Origin: an uncultured Gemmatimonadaceae bacterium
Lineage (GTDB): Bacteria; Gemmatimonadota; Gemmatimonadetes; Gemmatimonadales; Gemmatimonadaceae
DNA: 64,000 nt
Direction: 5' to 3'
Assembly (NCBI GenBank): GCA_963829055.1
Contig: CAWHHI010000005.1
Span: 32,001 to 96,000 of the forward strand
Under the pieces are notes generated by a model. It worked only from the letters and a program-made list of their open reading frames with translations. It had not been told where the DNA came from and made no database searches. Below, piece after piece: positions 63,223 to 64,000 of this stretch; within the stretch, counting starts at the first letter, position 1; the number at the start of each line of letters is the position of its first letter. The translations under genes and the position numbers were made by a program.

Positions 63223-64000
63223 GGGGCGATGCCTAACGCCAGCGCGCCGACCGGCACCGAGGGACCTGCGAGGTCGACGGCGAAGCCTGCACCCGCGGCG
63301 AGGGCTCGCTCGTACACGAGTGCCGCGACCGCTACGTCCTGCAGCGCGGTGCCTGTGCTGTCGAAGATGATGACCTCGTCGTCCGACTGACGGCCAACGG
63401 TCCGCCCGGACACCACGTCCGCTAACTCGCCCCGTACATCGCTCGTGCGCATGACACCCGCATCGAGCGCATGGTGGAGATCGCCGATCGCGGCGCACTG
63501 CTCGACGATGTCGGCGACGACAACGCTCGCGGCCATGAGCTCCGGCTCGATCTCGTGCTTCTCCGGGTTGTCCGCGCCGACGGCCGCGACGAACGCGCCG
63601 CGCCTGACGTGCGCGCGTCCGAGGAACCATTGGCGGGACGACGTGCACGTCACCCAGACGTCGGTGGCGGAGGGAACGTGACCGAGGTCGGCCACGGCGT
63701 CGATCGGGATCTCGAGCTCCGCGCTCATGGCATGCGCGAATCGCTCCACCCGCTCACGGTCGATGTCGTAGGCGAAGACGTGACTCACGTGCCTCACGCA
63801 CGCGAGCGCCCGCAACTGGTGAGCGGCCTGCTCACCGCAGCCGCATAACGCGACGACACTCGCGTCCACACGCGCGAGGTACCGTGCGGCGACGGCCGTC
63901 GCGGCCGCGGTGCGGACACTCGTGATCTCGGCGGAATCGAGCACGGCGAGGACGCGCCCGTCGGTGGCGTCGAACAGCGCGATGACACCCTGAATGGTTG
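63219..64000 (-). CDS. Ornithine cyclodeaminase/mu-crystallin family protein (5' end outside window)
   Basis: ITSVRTAAA, GCGEQA, AVGAD, GDL, FDSTGTALQD. Confidence 0.92.
   Translation of the reverse strand, partial: TIQGVIALFDATDGRVLAVLDSAEITSVRTAAATAVAARYLARVDASVVALCGCGEQAAHQLRALACVRHVSHVFAYDIDRERVERFAHAMSAELEIPIDAVADLGHVPSATDVWVTCTSSRQWFLGRAHVRRGAFVAAVGADNPEKHEIEPELMAASVVVADIVEQCAAIGDLHHALDAGVMRTSDVRGELADVVSGRTVGRQSDDEVIIFDSTGTALQDVAVAALVYERALAAGAGFAVDLAGPSVPVGALALGIAP

Noticed and set aside
800..63238. Integron cassette array suggested by GTTAGGC/GCCTAAC core-site matches
   Set aside because: No intI in the window, most copies are inside CDSs, and genes are not uniformly oriented cassettes.
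120..63988. Numerous long Arg/Ala/Pro-rich overlapping ORFs in the six-frame track
   Set aside because: Shadow ORFs expected in high-GC DNA, lying antisense or off-frame to genes with clear family motifs.

Overview
High-GC (about 70% by eye) bacterial DNA. The many Ser/Thr kinase-TPR and BTAD/TolB-like-TPR signalling proteins and S9 peptidases suggest Gemmatimonadota (inference). Many genes carry single-base frameshifts, worst at 37.7-40.0 kb; most are probably long-read/assembly errors. Content: four kinase-TPR genes (one a remnant); an ECF sigma-kinase pair; four regulator genes (three TPR-type, one cut off by the window edge), each divergent from a different small secreted protein; three S9 peptidases and an M20 peptidase; an Nramp-like transporter; LysR with an FMN reductase; an Xre-RES toxin-antitoxin pair; an orphan DUF433; a wzm/wzt-glycosyltransferase cluster; and an ion-homeostasis cluster (OCD-like, chrB, chrA, nhaA, CaCA antiporter, PDZ pseudoprotease, cation:proton antiporter). 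I saw no rRNA, tRNA, CRISPR array, transposase or integrase. Most notable signals: (1) the non-palindromic octamer CGTTAGGC/GCCTAACG occurs at least 45 times (about 2-3 expected), on both strands and mostly inside genes, where it often forces rare TTA/CTA codons, resembling a DNA-uptake/Chi/HIP1-type genome signal; (2) a hotspot at 18.4-27.3 kb where accessory modules are bounded by duplicated 3' ends of the two flanking convergent genes; (3) nested heptamer-arm palindromes around a tandem pair of paralogous secreted proteins; (4) a probable catalytically dead HtrA-like PDZ protein coupled to an antiporter.
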